Assembly: GCA_004431415.1 (NCBI GenBank)
Contig: QPMI01000428.1
Location: 1 to 64,000, forward strand
Reading direction: 5' to 3'
Source of the DNA: Cyanophora paradoxa CCMP329
Lineage: Eukaryota; Plantae; Glaucophyta
DNA: 64,000 nucleotides
Each line of letters starts with the position of its first letter. Positions within the stretch are counted from its first letter, which is position 1. The notes under the pieces are model-generated. The model had not been told where the DNA came from. It did not search any database and saw nothing but the letters and a program-made list of their open reading frames with translations. Shown here piece after piece: positions 1 to 9,607 of this stretch. Made by a program: the position numbers and the translations under genes.

Positions 1-480
1 TGCAATATTCGAAACATTGCCCACTATTTGAGAACCAAAGTTGAATGTGAGGATGTGAACTGGATTGCTGATAGACCCCTTACAATAAATACTATTTAGC
101 CCAGCAGGTGTGCGCTCCAATCATCCTTATGTTCACTAAGTGGCTTGTGGATCGAGGCTTAATTTCCGAGAATAAATGCAAGTCTGGTAGCCTTGTGGAA
201 ACCTGGAAATGGTTCAGGAGTTCATTACAGCAATAAATATAAAAACGATTATAATAGTCGCAGATATTATACAGAAATGCGAAGTGTTACATATATCCAA
301 GTGAAAACTACAAATGGTAAACAATACTATCATTTCCTATTCCCACAAGTATTTGAGGAATTCAGAAAGATGAAGCTTGTAGATGATGAGACCATTGAGG
401 AAGAAGCTAATCCAAGAGAAACAAGAACTACCTGCTGCTGATCCTGATGCATCAGATTATGACTCTGATGTTGAAGTTTA
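1..480 (+). pseudogene. C-terminal part of an SF3/D5-like primase-helicase (frameshifted)
   Basis: Frame 1 reads IAHYLRTKVECEDVNWIADRPLT, resembling the 'YL...d...RP.T' segment after the SF3 ATPase core of PLV/NCLDV helicases. An acidic tail ends at TAG 478-480. Confidence 0.45.
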
Positions 481-489
481 GGTTTACTC

Positions 490-670
490 AAAGTGGACTC
501 ACAGTTGACTCAAATTTATCATAAAGACCCAACAGTCTTTTATTTATGGTTTATTTATCGATTAGGTTGACTAAGTGGGGGAGTTGACTCATTTTTCACA
601 GATTCTAAAAGAGGACTCTGCCCTAAAAGAAATAAAAAGTGCCTCAACTCCACCACTAAGTCAACCAAAA
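490..670. repeat. GTTGACT/AAGTGG iteron-like inverted-repeat module, copy 1
   Basis: ggttgactaagtgggggagttgac (566-589) pairs imperfectly with caactccaccactaagtcaacc (645-666). The same module recurs at 6507-6700. Confidence 0.75.
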
Positions 671-715
671 ATGATTTAAGAGATAGAAAAATATATTTAT
701 ATGTAACTAGTAAGA

Positions 716-1100
716 ATGGCTGAACAGATCATGATTCTGGATCGATCTATATGATTGAGAGTCAGGAAATGAACAAAGTCTACATAGGAAGAACCTCACA
801 GCCACTTCAAAAAAGATGGAGACAACACAAATCAGGTCAAATGCCATCTACAGCAGACCTATGCAAGGCTTCTGATGTGAAGTTCTCAGTCTGTATTCAA
901 GTAAGAAGGGTGGGCATGAAGACCTTATGAACAGAGAAGCATATTACATGTATTTGTTTGACCTTGGATAGTCAATCTACAAAAACCGAAATCTCGATTT
1001 AGGATTAATAGGTTTTTGCGATTTCATTCAGAGGAAGCCAATGGATCCATTAAAACATTTTAAATTGCGTTTAGAACATCCTAAAATAAAATATCCCTTA
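716..1100 (+). pseudogene. GIY-YIG endonuclease (frameshifted)
   Basis: IYMIESQEMNKVYIGRTSQPLQKRWRQHKS matches the IY...YIG.T....RW..H signature. The end coordinate is approximate. Confidence 0.75.
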
Positions 1101-1121
1101 GAATAGGACAAGTTAGGAATA

Positions 1122-4100
1122 ATGCCCGAATTACCAACAAACTCATAAGGAGAAGAAATGGGAACTCATGGGATTGCTGGGAACACTATATGCAGCCATG
1201 AAATAACAGAGGCTGAATATGACCGGGAAATAGATTTAATTGCAAGGGGCAGACCCACTTTAAGCAGATTAACCAGAAAAGCAAATAACCTATATGATAA
1301 AATTGAAACTTGGATGAATGGATAGGCTTAGGCAAATAGAACAGAGGCAGAAGATGGAACAGCCATGAATGAATTATATCGCTGGCTCACTTACAGAGCC
1401 AGAAGGGAAGTTGTTGTAGATGTGATTGAATTCCTGGACAGAATTGCTACATCCCTTCCTAATCGATTAAAGCAGGGTTTAGATCAATTCAGGGCAATCA
1501 AGGTTCGCTTGTCTTTTATCTGCAAGTTCGTAAAGTGAGCAATCCACAGGTTTGGATATCGAATACATTTACAGTGATTACTTTGTATTAACCAGGTCGA
1601 GAAATATTCGAACTGAGCTGAATAAAGCAGCCCAAATGTGTCAGGAGCAGATGAATGTGGTTGATAGCTATCGCTTAGAAAGAATTGAAATACTCAGAGT
1701 GGCTATTATGAGTTATGCTCCAACTGGTGGTTGCTTTCTACAAACCCCAGAGTGGATTGCTAGGAAGAGAGCCACAGTGAATATTCGAAATATTGATGAT
1801 TCCTGCTCGAAAATGCGATTTTAGCCTCGATTTACAGAAAATCTATTAACTCCCATAAGAGGAATGAGCTTCACAATATCGCAAATGGAAATACTCAGCA
1901 ATCGCTTATAATCCGCTGGCTCTGAATTTCGATAACATCCCATTCCCTGTTGCCTGTGATGCTGAGATTATTGATAAATTCGAGGCTCAAAATGCAGGCA
2001 TTAGCATTAATATATTTGGAATCGATGGAGAGGTTATTTATCCCTGCATCAATCCAGTAACCAGGCAGAAAGCATAAGGTTAATCTCATGCTGATATTTG
2101 ATGATGAAGGGAATGGTCATTATATTACAATCATGTCCCTTTCAAGATTATTGAAAGTAAACCATGAAACATACAATGATCAAAAGTTACACTACTGTGA
2201 TACATGCTTATCTCGATTCAGGTCTGAGGCTAAACTCACTGCTCATGTGGACTCAAACAGATGCATTGATTGGAGACTCTCAAAGGAATCACCCCTAAAC
2301 CTGAGACACCATAGAGTTTGGACTGAAAACCTCAGGAAAACTGTGTGGCTTCCTGTTGTGGTTTACTGCAAGATTGAACATAGAAGCATCCCCATTGATG
2401 CATCGAAATCCAAAGGGAAGTCTCAGCAGTCAACCTGAGAGTAGTCACTGGGGAAGATGTTCAAGATTTCGATTTGAGGGGCAGGATCCAATGGGAGGTC
2501 TCTTTGAATGCTTGGAGTCCAAAGCTAGAGAACTAATCGATTTCCTGTTCACCAATATTCCAATGAATGAACTCACAGATGAGCAAAAGGCTATTTACAG
2601 GGCTACTAAACACTGTTACTTTGCAGTGAGAGGTTCACTAAGGAAACTTCAAATGCAGAGATCATGATCACCACACAGGTAATTACATTGCACCTGCATG
2701 CAGAAACTGCAATCTCCATAGGAGAATCTCAAAGCAAACCAAAGTTGCAGTTGTTGTTGACCAAATGGATGACTGTGGGACATTCATTTTCAGAAAAATA
2801 GCAGCATGGGTGATAAAAAGCGAATCGAAATCCTTTCGAAAAACTTTGATCAATACCTGTCATTGCAATGGGTCTTTACAAGTTCATTGATGCAAGCAAT
2901 TTCATGGATTTTGGAGCTGCTGATGTAGATGAGTTAATGAACAAATTCCAGGCTTTAGAAGGCTTTCACACTCAGTATATGGATTGGACCCAGTTCATTA
3001 TGTATCTGCACCTGGTTATCTGGGATGCTATGCTTAGGACACCAAGGCAAAAATAGAGCTTATAAGTGATGTAGAGCAATACGAATTTGTTGAGAGGGGA
3101 ATCAGGGGTGGCTTTGCAACAATGCCTTGTAGGTATGCTGAGGCTGATGGTGAAAACTCCCACATTATGCTGTTTGATGCTAACAACTTGTATGGCTACT
3201 GTTTGAGTCAGCCAATCCCAGTTGGTGATTTTAGATGGGAGACCGAATTCAACCCACAAGATAACAGATCCAGTTTCCTGGAAGTTGATCTGATTACCCA
3301 ATTAGGCTATATCTAGACCACAGTGATTTCCCCCTAATTATTAACAAGAAAATAGTAGAATATGCCGAATTATCACAATATCAAAAGAGCCTATTAGATC
3401 TTTCAGGAGAAGAGCTTGATAAGACCCTAAGCTAACTGCAACCTTTGGTTCTGTGACCAACTATGTGATTTCTGAGCCTCTTCTACAGTATCTGTTGGAC
3501 AAAGGTGTGAAATTAAAGAAAGTTCACAGGTCCTATCATTTACTGTGGCTCCTGTCATGAAACCCTATATTGAGCTGAACACTGAGATGAGAAGGAAAGC
3601 AGTGAATAAATTCGAGGCTGATTTCTATAAGCTCATGAATAACTCAATCTATGGGAAATGCATTGAATCTTGCAGAGGTAGATCTGTGGTTAAGATTGCA
3701 AACAGTGAGAAACTGTTTATGAAATATGCAGCCTCTCCATTGGTGAAATCAACAAGCCCCATAAACGAAAGAGCAGTTGCCTTTGAGTTTTACACAAAAC
3801 ATGTGAAGCTAGATAAGCCAGTTGCCATTGGAGCTATGTTTTGGATGCAGCCAAACTGCATAATTACAGTTCTTCTATGATACTGTAAGGTCCAATGGTC
3901 CAAAGCCAAATTACTGTTCCATGATACTGATTCCTTTTGTCTATATATCGAATCTAAGACCTTACAAAAGATATAGAGAATATCTCTTATGCATTGGACC
4001 TAGGGGGGTCTAACAGAATGACCCCAGGTAAATACAAAAATGAGATGCCAGGTTCTGCTATATTGGAGTATGTGGGTCTCAGAGCCAAAGTTTACAGTTT

Positions 4101-4335
4101 CAGAACTGCTGAGATTGAGAGGAGTAAGCTCTCTGGGACTTCAACTGAGGAACTCCAATTTAATGATTTTAAGCAGTGTTTATTTGCAGGTATCAGCAAG
4201 ACTGTGACTGCAAAGCAGAAAAGAAGGGCAGATCACACAATAATAGACACTGTGAGTAGAAGGGTTGCCCTAAACTGCTTTGATGCAAAGAGATACATCT
4301 TACCAGATGGTATTAATTCTGTTCCTTTTAATTAA
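1122..4335 (+). pseudogene. Protein-primed family B DNA polymerase (pPolB), many frameshifts
   Basis: Fragments in order: GGCFLQTPEWIARKRATVNIRN, GHYITIMSLSRLL, CDTCLSRF, DHDHHTG..IAPACRNCN, LFDANNLYG, KLMNNSIYGK, FHDTDSF, YVGLRAKVYS, FDAKRYILPDGINSVPF. They are colinear with the intact pPolB at 26724. Confidence 0.9.
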
Positions 4336-4338
4336 GAG

Positions 4339-5561
4339 ATGCCAGCAACTGGAAGAATAGTTAGAAGAACACTGAGCAACTGCAAGGTAACCTACTGCCC
4401 ATCACAGTTCCAAAGGAGGAAAAGGGGGAATCTCGAATTGTCAAAAAATCAGAGATGAAAGAGCTTGTCCAGTAGAGATCCCAGTTGCTATTGCAGTGAA
4501 AGAAACTAGCAAGATGCCAAGAGATTCTATGATGTGAGGACTGGTTACAAAGGGCTTCAAGCTATGAGAGCTGAGTTACCAGATGAATCCTATAAGCAGT
4601 TGCAAGAGTTCTATAAAAAACAAGAAGTTGTTCAGATCAATGCACCTGCTATATCTAGGAAGAGAGATCCATGGTCCAATTAGGCAACCCTTGATACCTA
4701 TGTGATTGATTTGCTCTTTTCCCAGCTTATAAGAAACAAAACAATGGCTATGATACATTTATGACTGCAATGGAATCAACACTGAGAACTGGGTATATTA
4801 TACCTATAAGAGATAAATCAGCTCTCACTACATTGGCTGCATTTAAACAGCTTGAGATGAGAGTGGCAAGACCAATAGTAAAGGTTCAATCAGATGCTGG
4901 GAGTGAATTCCAAAATCGAATATTCCAGGAGTATTTATCTAGTAAATACATAGAACACCAAGTGAGTGGAACTGCAGACCATAGAAGCCAAGGTCGAATT
5001 GAAGCCTTTAACAAGCAGATTAAGAGACTGATCACAAACTACTGCATAGCTAATAACACAGCTAGATTCTTTGATGTGTTAGGTGATATTGAGTATAATT
5101 ACAATAATACAGTTCACTCAGCTACTAAGATGAAGCCAGGCGAAACTACAGAGGAGCATTATAGGTATATAGTGGGATTAGAAGATGAAAGATTCAAGAA
5201 ATCAATAGCTTACCTTGATACCATGCAGCCTGGCATGTTTGTTAGAGTGAAAGTTGAGAAGAACCCTTTGCTAAACAGGGTAACAATTGTCTAGGATGGT
5301 TTACACTGTTGATAGTAGGGAAGGCTTTAAGTTTAAGCTAAGGAGTCCCACTGGTGAGATCATAGAAAACAGGTTTGCTTTCCATGAGCTGTTGCCTGTG
5401 AATGCAGTTGAATATCTAGAAACCCTACAGTGGATGCCTTAGAGCAAGCTAAAGAGGAAGCTAGGGTTGATGCTGCTATAAGGAGAGAAGGCATAGAAGC
5501 TGCTAATGAAGTCCCAGATAAGCCTTTGATAGAGGCTAGGAGGAGAAGGCTGGAAAGTTAA
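4339..5561 (+). pseudogene. Retroviral-type (rve) DDE integrase, frameshifted
   Basis: Motifs IDLLF, QSDAGSEF, SQGRIEAFNKQIK and YNNTVHSATKMKP are present. Confidence 0.88.
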
Positions 5562-6195
5562 TAGGGAACTCAAAAAGCTCACCATAGCAGGCACACAGAA
5601 ACTTTCAGAAGTGAATAGCCAGAGATGGTATAGTGACTTTCAGACTACTAAGGAGTCATATACAGCCCTAAACCTCAAAGAACACTAAGAGAGAGGACCA
5701 AAACTAGCTAGTTTGCTAGCCGAAAACTCGTTTTTTCCAAATATATGTATGACTGATATACATATATGCATATGATATACACATTGTCTTGTAGATCTTT
5801 TCAAGCGCTTCACAGCGATATGCAGAACGTTGCGATTTGATAATCTGGTGATGAGATACAAGCGTTTGAAGATGCCGATTATCGATTTTTCGAGATTTCG
5901 GAATGATGCATCATAATGATGTAATAATGATGTATCATAAACACATAACATATATATATCGCCGTGATCGTCATGATCTCCCGAGTTCGATGGTGTGTCA
6001 TATATATCATATACATATGCATCGTCATTATGACATCATTTCGTAACATAACACGTCCGTCATCGTCTTTTTTCCGCAGCGAACAGATAAGTGAACAGTT
6101 AACGAGACAACTATTGTAATAGTGTACTGCAACAACAATTGAAAACAAGATATGCGGGAAAGCTATTGAAAGACAATGAAGCAAATTGCGAACAA

Positions 6196-6290
6196 TTAAG
6201 TGAACAGTTAAGTGGACACCTGTTGGGAGTAGGCAGTGTCTACTCGTTTATCGTGAAAAGGTGTCCACTTAACTGTTCATTTAACTGTTG
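6196..6290. repeat. Inverted repeat pair (~25 bp arms)
   Basis: ttaagtgaacagttaagtggacacc pairs with ggtgtccacttaactgttcatttaa (1 mismatch) across a ~40-bp spacer. Confidence 0.8.
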
Positions 6291-6506
6291 ACGAAAACCC
6301 ATGCATTATGACATCATATCATTAAACCACATACAAAACACTAAAATGCATGTATCTCTTCACCAACTCATCATGTGACAAAACCAAAAACAGATTCGGA
6401 ATCCTCTTAACGAGGCCTGCCTGACGATGTAAGTATCATAGGCTCAATAATTCATATGTTTATAAGCATCTCCCCTTGATTCCCCCTATTATATAATATT
6501 TATATT

Positions 6507-6945
6507 AAAGTGGACTCAAGGTTGACTCATATTAATCGTAAAAGTAGTAATAGTATATGGATTTTGTTACGAATTCAATGCAAGGGTTGACTAAGTGGGT
6601 TGAGTTGACTCAAATTTCACAGGAAATATTTGGGACCTAAAGTTTTCTAAAAAGGATTTCAAAAAATGTGTCAACTCCCCCCACTTAGTCAACCCTGACC
6701 ATAAACAGTAAGGATTTGAGCTAACATGTATCACAAAGTGAACATTTTGAGTCCACTTAGAAGATCCACTTTTGAAATCCAAGTTGATTTTGCTTGAAAT
6801 TTCAAAGTTGATCTAAAAGTGAGTCCACCCTGATTGATTATGGTAACAAAGTTGACTAAGTTGACTAAGTTGAGTCATCTTAAGAAATTCAAAGAGACTA
6901 AGAGTTCAAAATGTTTATGAAAGTGAGTCAACTTAGACCACTTCT
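6507..6945. repeat. GTTGACT/AAGTGG iteron-like inverted-repeat module, copy 2 (expanded)
   Basis: ggttgactaagtgggttgagttgac pairs with gtcaactccccccacttagtcaacc. Further tandem gttgactaa units occur at ~6851. Confidence 0.75.
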
Positions 6946-7220
6946 GATAACAAAGTTAAATATTTAATTGATTTAATCGGAAAAGAACATGATTTAATCG
7001 AATTTATTGATATAATTCCGATTAGATTCATTTAGGATTCAATTAAGATCAATCGAAGTTATTGATATAATTCCGATTAACTACAATTAAGATACAATAT
7101 CGATTAATCGAGTTTATCGATATAACATCGATTAAATTAATTGAAATTGCATATAAAAATATGAAAATTCATGTGAAAATTCAAATAAATTAATCGATTT
7201 TATTGATATAACATCGAATC

Positions 7221-7293
7221 ACACATATGAATATTCATATTTTAATCCTGAGGCGGAACGCCGAGGGATTAAAATATGAATATTCATATGTGT
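7221..7293. repeat. Perfect 28-bp-stem hairpin, probable terminus of element A
   Basis: 7221-7248 is the exact reverse complement of 7266-7293. The 17-nt loop contains ggcg-gaa-cgcc. Confidence 0.9.
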
Positions 7294-8064
7294 AATGTTC
7301 GACGATTTCGTGTGCTATCCGCTGAGATTCCAAATAGCTCTTATGTTGTTCCGCCCGATCAGACAATAACTATAACGCTTCTAAACGAAGAGCCCACAGT
7401 AATCCCCGCATCCAAAATGATAGCACCGATTCCCAGCGTAAACGATTATTATTACGTCGATGCTGATAACGAACGATACCCAAAAGAGAGAGCTCTAAAC
7501 AGTGATGCTTTACTCGGATTTGCGGGCGGTTCTTTTGATCCGCTCGGTCTCTTCCCGGTTTCCTATTCTCTCGCTCTGTCTACGAACCGCTTCGTGTTCT
7601 CATCTCCGAATAGCCCTTTTACATTAGAGTCCTCAGACCAGGAGTTCTGTGACTGTCTCGGCATAGAACCCGGAGTGGTTTACGCCAGCACACCAGAACC
7701 AGTGCCGGTTCCACTCAGAGATTACCCCAGTCGCTACGCGATTATATGCCCGAAAATGGTCGACTTTAATGCAATTCCATATATTTACCTTGATATCGAA
7801 GAGCTCCGCCCGTTTACCAAATTCGCAGCGGTTACTGGGAGACAGAACAATTTCGACGACTCCTATCTATTGCGAATTCAGATGAACTCGGACTTTGGTA
7901 GATATTCCTTTTACCACGAACCGAGCGCAAGCATCCCTTTCGTAAATGTCACATCGCAACTCGATTTAGATCGTCTCACAATTTCGCTTCGAAAATGGCG
8001 GGGCTCTGTTGCGGATATAAACGGTCTCTCATACTCGTTCCAGCTCGAAGTGATCACGGATTAA
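7294..8064 (+). CDS. Minor capsid protein (penton, single jelly roll), 5'-truncated
   Basis: NVRRFRVLSAEIPNS...VDFNAIPYIYLDIEEL...LDRLTISLR...YSFQLEV aligns with the 34888 penton (NVKSVRVDSLEL...YLFLYIQQI...LSELDISLR...FSFVLEF). The N-terminal DSRDR strand is missing, and the apparent MNIHMC start comes from the hairpin. Confidence 0.75.
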   Translation, partial: NVRRFRVLSAEIPNSSYVVPPDQTITITLLNEEPTVIPASKMIAPIPSVNDYYYVDADNERYPKERALNSDALLGFAGGSFDPLGLFPVSYSLALSTNRFVFSSPNSPFTLESSDQEFCDCLGIEPGVVYASTPEPVPVPLRDYPSRYAIICPKMVDFNAIPYIYLDIEELRPFTKFAAVTGRQNNFDDSYLLRIQMNSDFGRYSFYHEPSASIPFVNVTSQLDLDRLTISLRKWRGSVADINGLSYSFQLEVITD

Positions 8065-8070
8065 GCGCTG

Positions 8071-9564
8071 TCACACATAGTAGCCCTCGAAATCAATTCG
8101 GCATGCCGAAGCAATATTCGTCGTGAGCACCCAGATTACGAGGGTTCTCACAGATCTCGGGTTCGCTAAGAAATGTTCGTCGGGCTCCGCACTTCCGGCT
8201 ATTTGATTTGCATTGGTAAACACTCTCGTCGCGCCGGCTTCTGTGTATGTGACAAGCGCCGAAACTCCCGGAGTTAATTGGTAATCGATTTCAAACGTTT
8301 TAATGTAGTTTCCATTTGCAGCCGGCTTCATTTTTATAGAGGAAAGCATAAACAGACGCGGAAAATCAATGCGTAAATAATTGCCTCCCGACCTACTACC
8401 TTGCGGCGGGTTTGTAAATCCCACCCACCCCGTAGCATTTGACCAGCGGGCATTGGAGGCTGTGCCGAATTCCGCAATAAAGGCGCTATTATCGAGCGGC
8501 ACCCAGTTAGACTCCGGGGGTGCGCTTACATCTGTGCACCCGGACAGATTAATAATGGGAACGTCTCCCTCTGATATATTCATCGTCAGCACTGAATACA
8601 TCGCATTAAAATACGTTTGCTGTGCGGAAACAAACGCGAGCGCTTCCGTTTCCAAATATTGCAGGTGACTGGTCGTGATCGTATCGAGGGTCATTTTGTC
8701 TTTCGGTAAAGGCACGCTCAGCTTATAGTAGCGATCGTAATTCTGATCATCGTTTCTGGGTAAAAGTTCCAGCAGCTTTACGTGGGCGTTTAGATCGCTC
8801 GACTCTAAGAACATGCTGAGAATTGGCGATCCTGTGGCGCTTAGCATCCATTGCACGATCCCCCAATTTTTCATAGTGTCGTACGAATATCCAGCTGTCG
8901 CCTTATCAGAGTCTTGGACGTGACCCGCCGTAATCGAGACCACTATAAGCTCCTCCTCGCAAGAGTTTCCGAATAAAGTGCGGGCGAATGTGTAGCCACA
9001 AACCCCGGGCGAATTATTTCCGCTCATGCAACCATCGATTAAACAATATGTTCTTCCGGCGACTGTGACTTGTTTCGGCTCGAAATAGGTCGGAGCAGCC
9101 GAGGTAGCCCTTGCAGCATCGCGCACAAGCATCCCATTAATGTCTTCATCGTTGCTTGAAATAAAAACGGGGGACATTAAGATCGTGTCAAATGCAGTCA
9201 CGATGGTTGGTTTATAGAGATCCGCCATGGTCGCTGAGCCGCAGAGTTCCAGAGCCACAGCTTCTAAGTTAGTTGCTTCGTACTTTGGGCGCTGTACAAT
9301 CGATGTAAGCACTCGTGGATTCGCGAAAATCAGCGGTAGTTTCGCTTTGTAGAGCGCGAGAATATCAGTGGCAGTATATTTAGGGGCGCCATCGGTTCCC
9401 TTGATATTCAATAGGAGCGCGATTAATCCACCTGTGGATGTTCCCGCAAAGCAGTCGAATAGCTGTTGGATTCGTTTACCGGTTTGGGCTTCAATCTGTG
9501 CCAGTATAGCAGCCTCGATTATTCCGCGCGACCCTCCACCACTCAGACATAAAACGGTCTTCAT
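8071..9564 (-). CDS. Patatin-like phospholipase fused to a C-terminal discoidin (F5/8 type C) domain
   Basis: Patatin motifs GGGSRG, GTSTG, ATSAAPTYF and DGC. The C-terminus reads W...YLRIDF...YIKTFEIDY...RTLVIW...CRIDFEG. Confidence 0.88.
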   Translation of the reverse strand: MKTVLCLSGGGSRGIIEAAILAQIEAQTGKRIQQLFDCFAGTSTGGLIALLLNIKGTDGAPKYTATDILALYKAKLPLIFANPRVLTSIVQRPKYEATNLEAVALELCGSATMADLYKPTIVTAFDTILMSPVFISSNDEDINGMLVRDAARATSAAPTYFEPKQVTVAGRTYCLIDGCMSGNNSPGVCGYTFARTLFGNSCEEELIVVSITAGHVQDSDKATAGYSYDTMKNWGIVQWMLSATGSPILSMFLESSDLNAHVKLLELLPRNDDQNYDRYYKLSVPLPKDKMTLDTITTSHLQYLETEALAFVSAQQTYFNAMYSVLTMNISEGDVPIINLSGCTDVSAPPESNWVPLDNSAFIAEFGTASNARWSNATGWVGFTNPPQGSRSGGNYLRIDFPRLFMLSSIKMKPAANGNYIKTFEIDYQLTPGVSALVTYTEAGATRVFTNANQIAGSAEPDEHFLANPRSVRTLVIWVLTTNIASACRIDFEGYYV

Positions 9565-9607
9565 TATCTTATATACTTCTTATATATCTTCTTTGTTTAT
9601 AAAGAGG

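Larger units (their letters stand above)
1..7293 (+). mobile_element. Element A: Polinton/PLV-like element (right part; left end outside window)
   Basis: Co-oriented helicase fragment, GIY-YIG, pPolB and rve integrase. These are followed by ~1.7 kb of repeat-rich non-coding DNA ending in a hairpin. The coding part is AT-rich and CpG-poor, unlike its neighbours. Confidence 0.8.

Noticed and set aside
5685-6782. Short ORFs in the tail of element A
   Set aside because: Low-complexity, palindrome-rich non-coding DNA with no protein motifs.
7276-7293. MNIHMC as the penton start
   Set aside because: It is encoded by the hairpin arm of element A.
9368-9607. First 80 aa of the 1320-aa ORF
   Set aside because: It has a GTG start overlapping patatin antisense. 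The ATG at 9608 follows an AT-rich spacer.
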